Below are positions 47,054-55,202 of a stretch of 64,000 nt of DNA, piece after piece (within the stretch, counting starts at the first letter, position 1; the number at the start of each line of letters is the position of its first letter). The position numbers were made by a program, and so were the translations under genes. Source of the DNA: Candidatus Sulfomarinibacteraceae bacterium. GTDB taxonomy: Bacteria; Acidobacteriota; Thermoanaerobaculia; Thermoanaerobaculales; Sulfomarinibacteraceae. Where the stretch lies: the NCBI GenBank assembly GCA_963796455.1, contig CAWCLO010000007.1:160001-224000 (forward strand), given 5' to 3'. The notes beneath the pieces were generated by a model. That model was given only the letters and a program-made list of their open reading frames with translations. It had not been told where the DNA came from and did no database searches.

Positions 47054-48919
47054 ATGCTGTGTCAGTACTGCGGCACGGCCAATCGCAACGAACATGAGTT
47101 CTGCCACCGCTGCGGAAACAAGCTGCTGGTGGTTTCCGGAAGCAGCGAAGTCCAGACTGAGATCTCGGATGAGTTTTTCATCGAAGCTCAGGAGCAACTC
47201 GAAGAACACATCCTGGAAAGAATCACCGGGCTGGAGGAAGGCGTGCGCAGACTGTCGCAGGCTGTGGCGTCAACCGGCCAGCATCTCGCCCAGGTCGAAC
47301 ACAACCTCACCGTGGCGTTCGCGGGAGTGCAATCGCTGGGCGGTCTTTTGGAGACTCAGGGCATCGTGACCCGGACCGAGGTGGTCGACGGTTGGGAGCG
47401 CCTCGCCGATCAGGAACTCATGTCCCGGGACCTGTCTCGACGATTCCGCGCCTATGGAACCCGGATCCTTTCCCAGGCAAACCACACCGGAAAGGCGAGC
47501 GATGAGTTTCGACGCAAGCTCCGGGCGCTCGAATTCGCCCTTCTGGGACCGGATACCGAGGCGGTACGTGGGCTCCTCACCGATTTGGTGAGGATGGCGC
47601 CCGAAAGCGACGAACTCTGGTCCTTCATCGGCGAAATTGCATTCCAAACGGGAGAGCTTGAAACGGCACGCATCGCCTTTCGCAAAGTGCTCGAGCTGCG
47701 CGGGCCTCATTTCGAGACGCTGGTTTATCTCGGCGCCACAACCTCCGATCTCGGGCTCTGGCCTGAAGCCGAGGAGGCCCTGATCGAGGCGCGGGAAATG
47801 GCGCCGGAGGCTTTTCTCCCCCACTTCACCCTTGGCGCCCTCAAGGTTCTGTCCGGCGATCACGCCTCCGCCACCAAACACCTCGAACAGAGTCTCACCA
47901 TAGAGAACGCCTCCCAGAGCTGGTATCTCCTCGGAATCTGCCGGCTCGAGTCGGGAAACCACGGACGCGCCATCGACGCCCTACGGCACGCCGTCGAGAT
48001 CGAACCCGGGTTCGAAGACGCCCTCTACCACCTGGGGATCGCCTATCTCCGTCGTGGTTGGACACGCAAGGCTCTCGAGGCCTTTCAACAGGTCCTCAAA
48101 CTCGATCCGCAACGTCTGCAATACCAGGAGTCGGTGAGGCTTTTGAGTTCATCACCGCCACTGGATCTTCCGCCGCAAACAGCACAGAAGGTGGAAAAGG
48201 CTGAATCAGCGCTCGAGGCCGGCCGGCCGGAGAAGGCGCTGGAATTGTACTCGGATGCGCTCGGGACGGCCCCGGATCAAACGGAACTGCAAGCAACCGC
48301 GGCCCTCCTCGCCTCGGCCCTCGGTCGAACCCGTCAGGCCATCGCTTATTCCCACGCGATTCTGGCCCAGCGCCCCGACGGCGCACCCTATCTGGCCGCC
48401 GCTGTCGTCGCGCTGTTGGAGTCCCTGCGCCACGCAGGCAGGTTGCGCGCCGCCCGTCGATTCGCTACGAAGTTCTACCACGAGGAAGATATCGACCCGT
48501 TGGTTCGCAGCATGGCAGCCTATGAGCTTTCTGTGATCGAATCCGAGCTCGGCGGCGATCTCGAAATTGCCCGCAATCTGGCCCGAGAAGCGCTCGAGAT
48601 CACTCCCAGGGAGCTTCGCCACTATCCGCTTGCCGCTCTTGGAAGCATCGCGCTCAAGGCGGGCCGTTTCCGCGAAGCGGTTCAGTATCTCGAGCAGGCA
48701 TCAACCGAGGGTTCGGAACCTCCATTGATGCGCCAACTGGCTCTCGCCAAGCTTGGCGACGGCGACGCGGAGGGCGCCGAGGAAGCTCTCCGCGAAGCCG
48801 AAAACAATCTCAAGGGCGGCATCGATCACGAATTGCTCGACCACGTTCGCCGGCTCGCCGGACTGGTCGACGATCTCACCAGAAACCACCGCCCTCAGCG
48901 GTCCGGCGCGGGCCGGTAA
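47054..48919 (+). CDS. TPR protein with N-terminal zinc ribbon and coiled coil
   Basis: CQYC...CHRC N-terminus and multiple TPR repeats. Confidence 0.85.
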   Translation: MLCQYCGTANRNEHEFCHRCGNKLLVVSGSSEVQTEISDEFFIEAQEQLEEHILERITGLEEGVRRLSQAVASTGQHLAQVEHNLTVAFAGVQSLGGLLETQGIVTRTEVVDGWERLADQELMSRDLSRRFRAYGTRILSQANHTGKASDEFRRKLRALEFALLGPDTEAVRGLLTDLVRMAPESDELWSFIGEIAFQTGELETARIAFRKVLELRGPHFETLVYLGATTSDLGLWPEAEEALIEAREMAPEAFLPHFTLGALKVLSGDHASATKHLEQSLTIENASQSWYLLGICRLESGNHGRAIDALRHAVEIEPGFEDALYHLGIAYLRRGWTRKALEAFQQVLKLDPQRLQYQESVRLLSSSPPLDLPPQTAQKVEKAESALEAGRPEKALELYSDALGTAPDQTELQATAALLASALGRTRQAIAYSHAILAQRPDGAPYLAAAVVALLESLRHAGRLRAARRFATKFYHEEDIDPLVRSMAAYELSVIESELGGDLEIARNLAREALEITPRELRHYPLAALGSIALKAGRFREAVQYLEQASTEGSEPPLMRQLALAKLGDGDAEGAEEALREAENNLKGGIDHELLDHVRRLAGLVDDLTRNHRPQRSGAGR

Positions 48920-48933
48920 ATATGGAGTAAGAC

Positions 48934-50655
48934 ATGCGCTGGAGTCAGAATTTCATCCACACACTTCGCCAGGACCCGTCCGATGCCGAGGTTGTCTCGC
49001 ACCGGTTGATGACCCGTGCCGGAATGATCTCCAAGGTGGCAGCCGGCATCTACAACTATCTCCCCCTCGGGTGGCGATCGCTGCGCAAGCTTGAAGCCAT
49101 CATTCGAGACGAAATGGAGGGGGCGGGTTCGGCCGAGCTCGTGATGCCGGCTATTCAACCGGCGGAACTGTGGCAGGAATCCGGCCGTTGGTACCAGTAC
49201 GGGCCCGAACTCCTGCGGATGAACGATCGGCATGAACGCGAGTTCTGTTTCGGCCCGACCCACGAAGAGGTGATCACCGACCTCATCCGGCGGACAATCA
49301 CATCCTACCGTCAACTCCCGGTCAACCTCTACCAGATTCAGACCAAGTTTCGGGATGAGATTCGACCGCGCTTCGGACTCATGAGAGGCCGCGAATTCAT
49401 CATGAAAGACGCCTACACCTTCCACGCCGACGCCGAGGACCTCGACCTCGCCTATCGCGCGATGGAGGCCGCCTACCGCGGAGTCTTCGAGCGTTGCGGG
49501 CTCGGCTACACCCAGGTGGAGGCAGACACCGGCAACATCGGCGGTTCCGAGAGCCACGAGTTCATGGTTCTGGCCGACACCGGCGAAGACGCCATCCTCG
49601 CCTGTACGAATTGTGACTATGGCGCCAACGTCGAGAAAGCGGAGGCGGGACCCGTCGCAGCAGCTCCCGATTGGCCCCGCGAGCGCAGCGACAAACCGGA
49701 GGAAATCCATACGCCGGAAATGCGAAGCGTCGAAGAGGTGGCCGAATTTCTCGGTATCTCACCCGCTCATCTGATCAAGACCCTGATCTTCGAGACCGAC
49801 GAAGGATACGTGGCGGTCCTCATTCGAGGTGATCTCGGGGTCAACGAGGTCAAACTCAAGAACGAGCTCGGGTGCACCCACCTCCAGCTCGCCAGCGAGG
49901 CCAAGATCGAGGAGATCACCGGCGGACCGCAGGGCTTTTCGGGGCCCGTCGGCCTCGACGGTGTCCGTCTCGTTGCCGATCCCACCGTCATGGATCTCGA
50001 ACTCGCCGCCACCGGAGCCAACAAAGGGGACACCCACCTCGTGAGCGTTGTTCCGGGCCGCGACTTCCAAACAGAGACGATCGTCGATCTGCGCCTCGCC
50101 CAGGCCGGCGATGCCTGTCCCTCATGCGGCACCGCAATGGTTGAAAAGCGCGGCATCGAAGTGGGCCACATCTTCAAGCTCGGCATCAAATACTCCAAGG
50201 CGATGGACTGCCGGTTTCAGGACGCCGAGGGTGAAGAACTCCCCATGATCATGGGTTGCTACGGACTCGGCGTCAGCCGAACCCTGGCAGCCGCAGTGGA
50301 GCAGAACCACGATGACAACGGCATTATCTGGCCGCTGCCGCTGGCCCCCTACGAGGTCGCTCTCGTGGTCTTGAATGCCGACAAACCCGACATCGTCGAG
50401 GCAGCTGCCGGGCTTTACGATCAGCTTCGTGAGGCCGGAATCGACGTGCTTTTCGACGATCGTCCCGAACGTCCCGGGGTCAAGTTCAAAGACATGGATC
50501 TGATCGGCTTTCCGGTACGCGCCGTGCTCGGGAAAAGGGGTCTGGACAACGGCGAGATCGAGCTCAGTCTGCGCCGCGATGGGGAAAAGCGATTGACGCC
50601 CATCGCCGACCTCGTCCCGGCGGTCCAGGCGATGCTCGAGGAGCTACGGCGATAG
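48934..50655 (+). CDS. proS: Proline--tRNA ligase
   Basis: GPTHEE, FRDEIRPRFGLMRGREF and GIEVGHIF motifs, plus an editing domain. Confidence 0.97.
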   Translation: MRWSQNFIHTLRQDPSDAEVVSHRLMTRAGMISKVAAGIYNYLPLGWRSLRKLEAIIRDEMEGAGSAELVMPAIQPAELWQESGRWYQYGPELLRMNDRHEREFCFGPTHEEVITDLIRRTITSYRQLPVNLYQIQTKFRDEIRPRFGLMRGREFIMKDAYTFHADAEDLDLAYRAMEAAYRGVFERCGLGYTQVEADTGNIGGSESHEFMVLADTGEDAILACTNCDYGANVEKAEAGPVAAAPDWPRERSDKPEEIHTPEMRSVEEVAEFLGISPAHLIKTLIFETDEGYVAVLIRGDLGVNEVKLKNELGCTHLQLASEAKIEEITGGPQGFSGPVGLDGVRLVADPTVMDLELAATGANKGDTHLVSVVPGRDFQTETIVDLRLAQAGDACPSCGTAMVEKRGIEVGHIFKLGIKYSKAMDCRFQDAEGEELPMIMGCYGLGVSRTLAAAVEQNHDDNGIIWPLPLAPYEVALVVLNADKPDIVEAAAGLYDQLREAGIDVLFDDRPERPGVKFKDMDLIGFPVRAVLGKRGLDNGEIELSLRRDGEKRLTPIADLVPAVQAMLEELRR

Positions 50656-50660
50656 ATATC

Positions 50661-50955
50661 AGTTTTGAGGTTTGAGTTCTGAGTTTTGAGTTGGCACTCT
50701 GGCATCAATATGGCGACGGGTGCGGGTGAGGTGCTCGGTAACGACCCTTGGCTGAGAAACCGCAGATCACGCAGATGAACGCAGAGAGGAGAGACGTCTG
50801 ACCCGGCTGATCAACGCGACCCTGCATCCAGCTTTCGTTGATACGGTCGGGACATGTCCGGCCCGTTCCGAGGACCTCGTTGTTCGCTCGAAATCTGCGA
50901 TTGTTGTAAGAGGCTGAACTCAAAACTCAAAACTCAGAACTCAAAACTCAAAACT
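50661..50955. repeat. Near-perfect inverted pair of (GAGTTTT)n heptamer arrays enclosing an AACCGCAGAT module
   Basis: 50661-50692 is 31/32 identical to the reverse complement of 50924-50955; module at 50758-50785. Confidence 0.9.
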
Positions 50956-52049
50956 GTTTCAGCGACCGGGATCAATGTGCCCTTTGCTTGCACAAGGACC
51001 TTCAGATCCGAACCCATGCCCTCGGGGTCGAGGAGGCGCTTGACCTCCTGTCGAGCAACGACGGTATCGGCGTTCATTTCGGCTTCCATGCCGAAACCGC
51101 GTTCTTCGAGTTCGACCGCGATGCCCGCGCGCACCAGGAACTCCGCCAACGGCCACAAACCGATTTCCTGCCAACCCTCGGATACGGCTGCGCTTCGCAG
51201 ATCGCCCCAGTTGACGTGCGCGGTCAGATCCACCTTGCCCGGCGAAACCAGAGGGTCGCGACCAACTTGATGGTCGCTGAAGGTCGATATCGAACCAAAG
51301 CGCCGGCCGCGCGGATCATAGAGCCTCGCCGCCTCGTATCCGTAATCGAGCACGAATGAAACTGCATCGGAGGCTGCAGAGCGAAGCACATGGCGGTGGG
51401 TCCCGGCTGCCGCGAGATTCGCTTCGGCGAACTGGCCCTCGGTCAGTTCCACGCCGTGGCCCGCGAAATAGTCCGCGACCGGGGCTCGAGCCGACCGCTC
51501 TTCCCAAGCCAGTTCTGCACCGCTCGCAGCGACCCACAACTCGCGCAAACCGGCTGCTCTGGCGACGACTCGAACCACGGGCAACGCGTCGTAGAGTTCG
51601 GAGGCATGCAGCACCGTCGGATTGCCGCCCAGAACTCCCGGTTCCAGCTCTTCAACCGTGGTCACGGGAATTGCCGTGTCAGCGAATCGCTCGTGAGTGA
51701 CCGCTCTCATCGCATCGGACCGCTCGACCAGCACAACCTCCTCGATCAATTCTCGGGCCCGGGTTCCCAGTGCATCCAGGACTCCGGCAAGGAACGATCC
51801 GTCACCCGCGGCCAGATCAACCAGCTCCACCCCACCCGCGGAGGACGCGATCGCCGCGATCACCCTGCTGAAAACCCGCGGATACCACTCCGACGCAGTG
51901 GGGGCGGTCAAAAAATCACCGGCCCGGCCATAACGCGCTGTGCCACCCGAGTAATAACCGTGAACCGGGTGATAGAGGGCGAGTTCCATGAACTCGTCAA
52001 ATGGAATGGCTCCCCCACGCGCCTCGATTTCGGAGTGAATCCATTTCAT
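50934..52049 (-). CDS. SAM-dependent methyltransferase, NDUFAF7/MidA family
   Basis: FMELALY...GYY, GDFLTAP, ELYDALP, LDYG and DLTAHV motifs. Confidence 0.9.
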   Translation of the reverse strand: MKWIHSEIEARGGAIPFDEFMELALYHPVHGYYSGGTARYGRAGDFLTAPTASEWYPRVFSRVIAAIASSAGGVELVDLAAGDGSFLAGVLDALGTRARELIEEVVLVERSDAMRAVTHERFADTAIPVTTVEELEPGVLGGNPTVLHASELYDALPVVRVVARAAGLRELWVAASGAELAWEERSARAPVADYFAGHGVELTEGQFAEANLAAAGTHRHVLRSAASDAVSFVLDYGYEAARLYDPRGRRFGSISTFSDHQVGRDPLVSPGKVDLTAHVNWGDLRSAAVSEGWQEIGLWPLAEFLVRAGIAVELEERGFGMEAEMNADTVVARQEVKRLLDPEGMGSDLKVLVQAKGTLIPVAETVLSFEF

Positions 52050-52064
52050 TGGAGCATTCTAGTC

Positions 52065-52113
52065 GCTCGAGGCTCGATGCTCGATGCTCGATGCTGGATC
52101 CAGGATTCAGGAT
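52065..52113. repeat. Heptamer microsatellite grading from (CTCGATG)n to (CAGGATT)n
   Basis: gctcgaggctcgatgctcgatgctcgatgctggatccaggattcaggat. Confidence 0.85.
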
Positions 52114-52561
52114 CACTCTTGTCCAAGACAGAGTCTCGGATAGCGAACAGGGACAGCGACAGAGATCAGGAGTCAGCGGCAGCAATCAGTCATCAGCGTC
52201 AGTGATCAGCGGCCGGGACAGCGAACAGCATTCACTTCTTCGGGCTCCGGCCTTTGTGGTGCGGCCGTCTCGGCCGCACGGTGTGCAGGCGAGACGCCTA
52301 CACCACAACCGCTGTTCCTTCTGTAAAACCACCCGGAGGAGGCCACTTCGTCGCTTGGACTCCTGATCGCTGCTGCTGAACACTGATCGCTGAACCCGGT
52401 CGCTGCTCCCTGTCCCTGCCGCTGGACACTGTCGCTGCCGCTGCAATTCGGGATCGGGATCGGGTACGTGCCAACCGCGAACCGGAAATGCCAAAAACCA
52501 ACCCGTAAACCACGTGTTGTCAGGTGGGTAACATCATGACAATCTGTTTTGGACAGCAGTG
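52114..52561 (-). mobile_element. Complete non-autonomous copy (B) of the TIR element, with the ORF replaced by a REPIN
   Basis: TIRs CACTCTTGTCCAAGACAG / CTGTTTTGGACAGCAGTG (15/18). One end is identical (18/18) to element A. AT on both flanks. Confidence 0.85.
52254..52308. repeat. REPIN-like doublet inside element B
   Basis: ttgtggtgcggccgtctcggccgcac-ggt-gtgcaggcgagacgcctacaccacaa. Confidence 0.82.
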
Positions 52562-52577
52562 ATTCAGGATGCAGGAT

Positions 52578-52988
52578 TACTCTTGTCCAGGACAGAGTAT
52601 TCAGACCGTGACCGGGGACAGTGTCAGTGAACAGGAGTCAGCGTCAGAGTTCAGTCGGCAGCGTCAGCGATCAGCGATCAGCGACCGGGACAGCGAACAG
52701 CACTCACATCTTCGGGTTCAACAGCCGCCAGGTCATCGCACGGCCCTGATCGAAGGCATTCATCGCTTCACCGGCTCCGTTCGGGCTGATCGCCCCGGCG
52801 GGGGCGAGGAGCTCCAAGTGGCCGACCACCGGCTACCCCTGCTGGTGAACGACCCGGAGGTGGCCACGCCGTCGCGGAACCTGATCGCTGATCGCTGACG
52901 CTGCCAACTGTCGCTGCCGCTGTTCGCTGTTCCCTGACGCTGGACACTGTCGCTGCCGCTGCAATTCGGGATCGGGATCGGAATCGGG
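52578..52988 (-). mobile_element. Internally deleted copy (C) of the TIR element, tandem to B; far end degenerate (possible remnant to about 53071)
   Basis: Starts TACTCTTGTCCAGGACAG after caggAT. Retains CAGCG tracts, the ORF 3' remnant, half of the hairpin and gcaattcgggatcggga. Confidence 0.8.
52704..52820 (-). pseudogene. 3' remnant of four-helix-bundle gene
   Basis: HLELLAPAGAISPNGAGEAMNAFDQGRAMTWRLLNPKM* is 28/38 identical to the C-terminus of 14281-14634; no start codon. Confidence 0.9.
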
Positions 52989-53163
52989 CCCTGCGAATGC
53001 GCTCGAACCGACATTCAACACTTCTCGTCACTATTTTTCAGTCCGAAACCCTTGTTGCAACGTTGGGCAACCGACAAAGATCCTGCCCGCAAATCGAGTA
53101 TGGGTTATCCAGTATCGAGGACCGGGAAGATTCCTGCACTCCGCCGAAAACGGCCTTGTCTCC

Positions 53164-53192
53164 TTGCGTTTGACCATCCCTTGTGCTATAAA
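53164..53192 (+). promoter_or_regulatory. Putative sigma70 promoter of the rimP-nusA-infB operon
   Basis: TTGCGT-17bp-TATAAA with an extended TG. Confidence 0.6.
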
Positions 53193-53215
53193 ACGCGCTG
53201 CTGCTTTCGCGAGGG

Positions 53216-53242
53216 AAGTGGGCCCGAGGCCCACTTTTTTTT
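53216..53242 (+). terminator. Leader hairpin/attenuator-like terminator upstream of rimP
   Basis: aagtgggcc-cga-ggcccactt followed by a T-tract. Confidence 0.75.
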
Positions 53243-53259
53243 CTGCAGCAAGGAGCTAT

Positions 53260-53748
53260 ATGAAGCTGGAAACGACAGTGCAGGATGGGCTCGCCGCGAT
53301 GGTCGCGGACGAGGGTCTCGAGTTGCTTGCGGCCGAAGTCGCGGGCTCGGGATCGAAGACCGTCGTGCGCCTGATCGTCGATGGTCCGGATGGCGTCAAT
53401 CTCGACCAGTGCGCATCGATTTCGAGACAGGCTTCGGCGATTCTCGACGTCGAGGACCCGATCGACCATCGCTACACCCTCGAGGTGTCGTCGCCGGGCC
53501 TCGACCGCAAGCTCTATCGAATGGAAGATTTTGAACGATTTGTCGGCCACCGGGTCAAGATCAGGATGGCGCCGTCATTTCGTGACCACCGTACCGCGAT
53601 CGGAGAGCTTCTCGGCGCGAGTGGTGAGGTCGTGCGCGTCCTCGTCGAATCCGGTGACGAACTGCAACTTCCAGCCGACGAGATATTCGAGGCGAGGCTC
53701 GAAGTCGACTGGGAATCGATCATGAAGGAAGGGAAATCCCGTCCATGA
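53260..53748 (+). CDS. rimP: Ribosome maturation factor RimP
   Basis: GVNLDQCASISR and YTLEVSSPGLDRKL motifs; ATG after AGGAG. Confidence 0.95.
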   Translation: MKLETTVQDGLAAMVADEGLELLAAEVAGSGSKTVVRLIVDGPDGVNLDQCASISRQASAILDVEDPIDHRYTLEVSSPGLDRKLYRMEDFERFVGHRVKIRMAPSFRDHRTAIGELLGASGEVVRVLVESGDELQLPADEIFEARLEVDWESIMKEGKSRP

Positions 53749-55196
53749 AACTCGACATCAATATGCTCGTCAGCCAGATGGCTGCAGAACGCGACATCGA
53801 GGCCGAAACACTCGTCGACGCTGTCGCGGAGGCCATTTCTTCGGCTGCACGCAAGCATTACAAAGAACGCAACGTTTTCACGAACATCGATGTCGAAACC
53901 GGCGAGGTGGAATCGTGGACAGCCCGTGACGTGGTCGAAGAGGTCGAGGATCCCGAGATCGAAGTGACCCTCGAAGAAGCGCACGCCATCGATCCGACTG
54001 CGGTGGTCGGCGGGATCGTCAAACTGGAGGCCCTCGACACCTCGGTGCTCGGACGTATCGCCGCCCAGAGCGCTCGCCAGGTCCTTTTTCAGAGAGTCCG
54101 CGAAGCCGAAAGAGCCGTGGTTTTCAAGAATTACTCGACGCGGGTCGGGGACATGATCAATGGCATCGTCAAAAGGATGGACCGGGGCGCACTGATCGTG
54201 GAACTCGGCGACACCGAGGGCATCATCCCTCGCGGCCACCAGGTCCGCCACGAACGATATAGCCAGGGAGATCGGGTCCGGGCCGTGGTGGTCGACGTCA
54301 CGATGGACGCGAACCGACCCCAGGTCGTCCTGTCCCGAACCTCTCCGATGCTTCTCGAGAAGCTCCTCGAGATGGAAGTTCCGGAAATCTACGACGGCAC
54401 GGTCATCATCCGCATCTGTGTTCGTGAGCCCGGCGAGCGGGCCAAGGTGGCCGTCTTTTCGAAGGACAGCGACGTCGATCCGGTCGGGGCTTGCGTCGGC
54501 CTCAAGGGGTCTCGTGTCCAGGCCATCACCCGCGAGCTCAAGGGCGAGAAGATCGACATCATTCCATTCAACAGCGACCTCGTGACCTTTGCTCAGAACG
54601 CGCTCTCGCCGGCCAAGATCAACCGGGTTGCGGTGCGCGAAGAGCCGATCAAAATCATCGTTCGCGATGAGGAGGGTCAGCCCGTTTACGATGAGAACGG
54701 CGAAACCGTGACCGAAGACGGCACCGAGGTCGTGCTCGACGTCATTGTCGGCACCGAACAGCTCTCACTGGCCATCGGCAAACGGGGACAGAATGTGCGG
54801 CTTGCTTCGAAGCTCCTCGACTGCCGAATCGAGATCAAGAGCCAGGAAGCGGTCAAGGACGAGCTGGCTTCCGCGCTGGCCACGATGCTCCGGGAGATGG
54901 AAGGTGTTTCCGCCGACGAGGAGATTCCGGAGCTCGAGGCCGTAACCATGGGAGTCTCGTACGACGAAATCATCCCACTCGAAGAGATGGAGATGCTCAC
55001 CGAGCGCCTCCGCGAACGACTGGGAGGCCACAGTATTCACACCGTCCAGGATCTTTTGGCAAAGACGGCGGACGACCTTTCTACGATTCCAGGGATCGGA
55101 CCGGTGACCGCACAGAAGCTCCTGGACATGGCCAACCAGACCCTCAAGGAGACCCTGGCCGAAGCAGCCGAGGCATCCATGATCGGGGAGGAGTAA
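53745..55196 (+). CDS. nusA: Transcription termination/antitermination factor NusA
   Basis: GRIAAQ, REPGERAKVAV, DPVGACVG and AIGKRGQNVRLA motifs. Confidence 0.97.
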   Translation: MKLDINMLVSQMAAERDIEAETLVDAVAEAISSAARKHYKERNVFTNIDVETGEVESWTARDVVEEVEDPEIEVTLEEAHAIDPTAVVGGIVKLEALDTSVLGRIAAQSARQVLFQRVREAERAVVFKNYSTRVGDMINGIVKRMDRGALIVELGDTEGIIPRGHQVRHERYSQGDRVRAVVVDVTMDANRPQVVLSRTSPMLLEKLLEMEVPEIYDGTVIIRICVREPGERAKVAVFSKDSDVDPVGACVGLKGSRVQAITRELKGEKIDIIPFNSDLVTFAQNALSPAKINRVAVREEPIKIIVRDEEGQPVYDENGETVTEDGTEVVLDVIVGTEQLSLAIGKRGQNVRLASKLLDCRIEIKSQEAVKDELASALATMLREMEGVSADEEIPELEAVTMGVSYDEIIPLEEMEMLTERLRERLGGHSIHTVQDLLAKTADDLSTIPGIGPVTAQKLLDMANQTLKETLAEAAEASMIGEE

Positions 55197-55202
55197 GAGA
55201 GC

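Noticed and set aside
14281..52820. Diversity-generating retroelement (Avd-like gene plus a ~117-bp near-duplicate as a TR/VR pair)
   Set aside because: Mismatches between the gene 3' end and the 52704-52820 remnant involve all four bases rather than only adenines, and there is no reverse transcriptase in the window.
52114..52988. Integron attC cassette array
   Set aside because: No RYYYAAC...GTTRRRY boundaries on the units, no intact cassette ORFs and no integrase.
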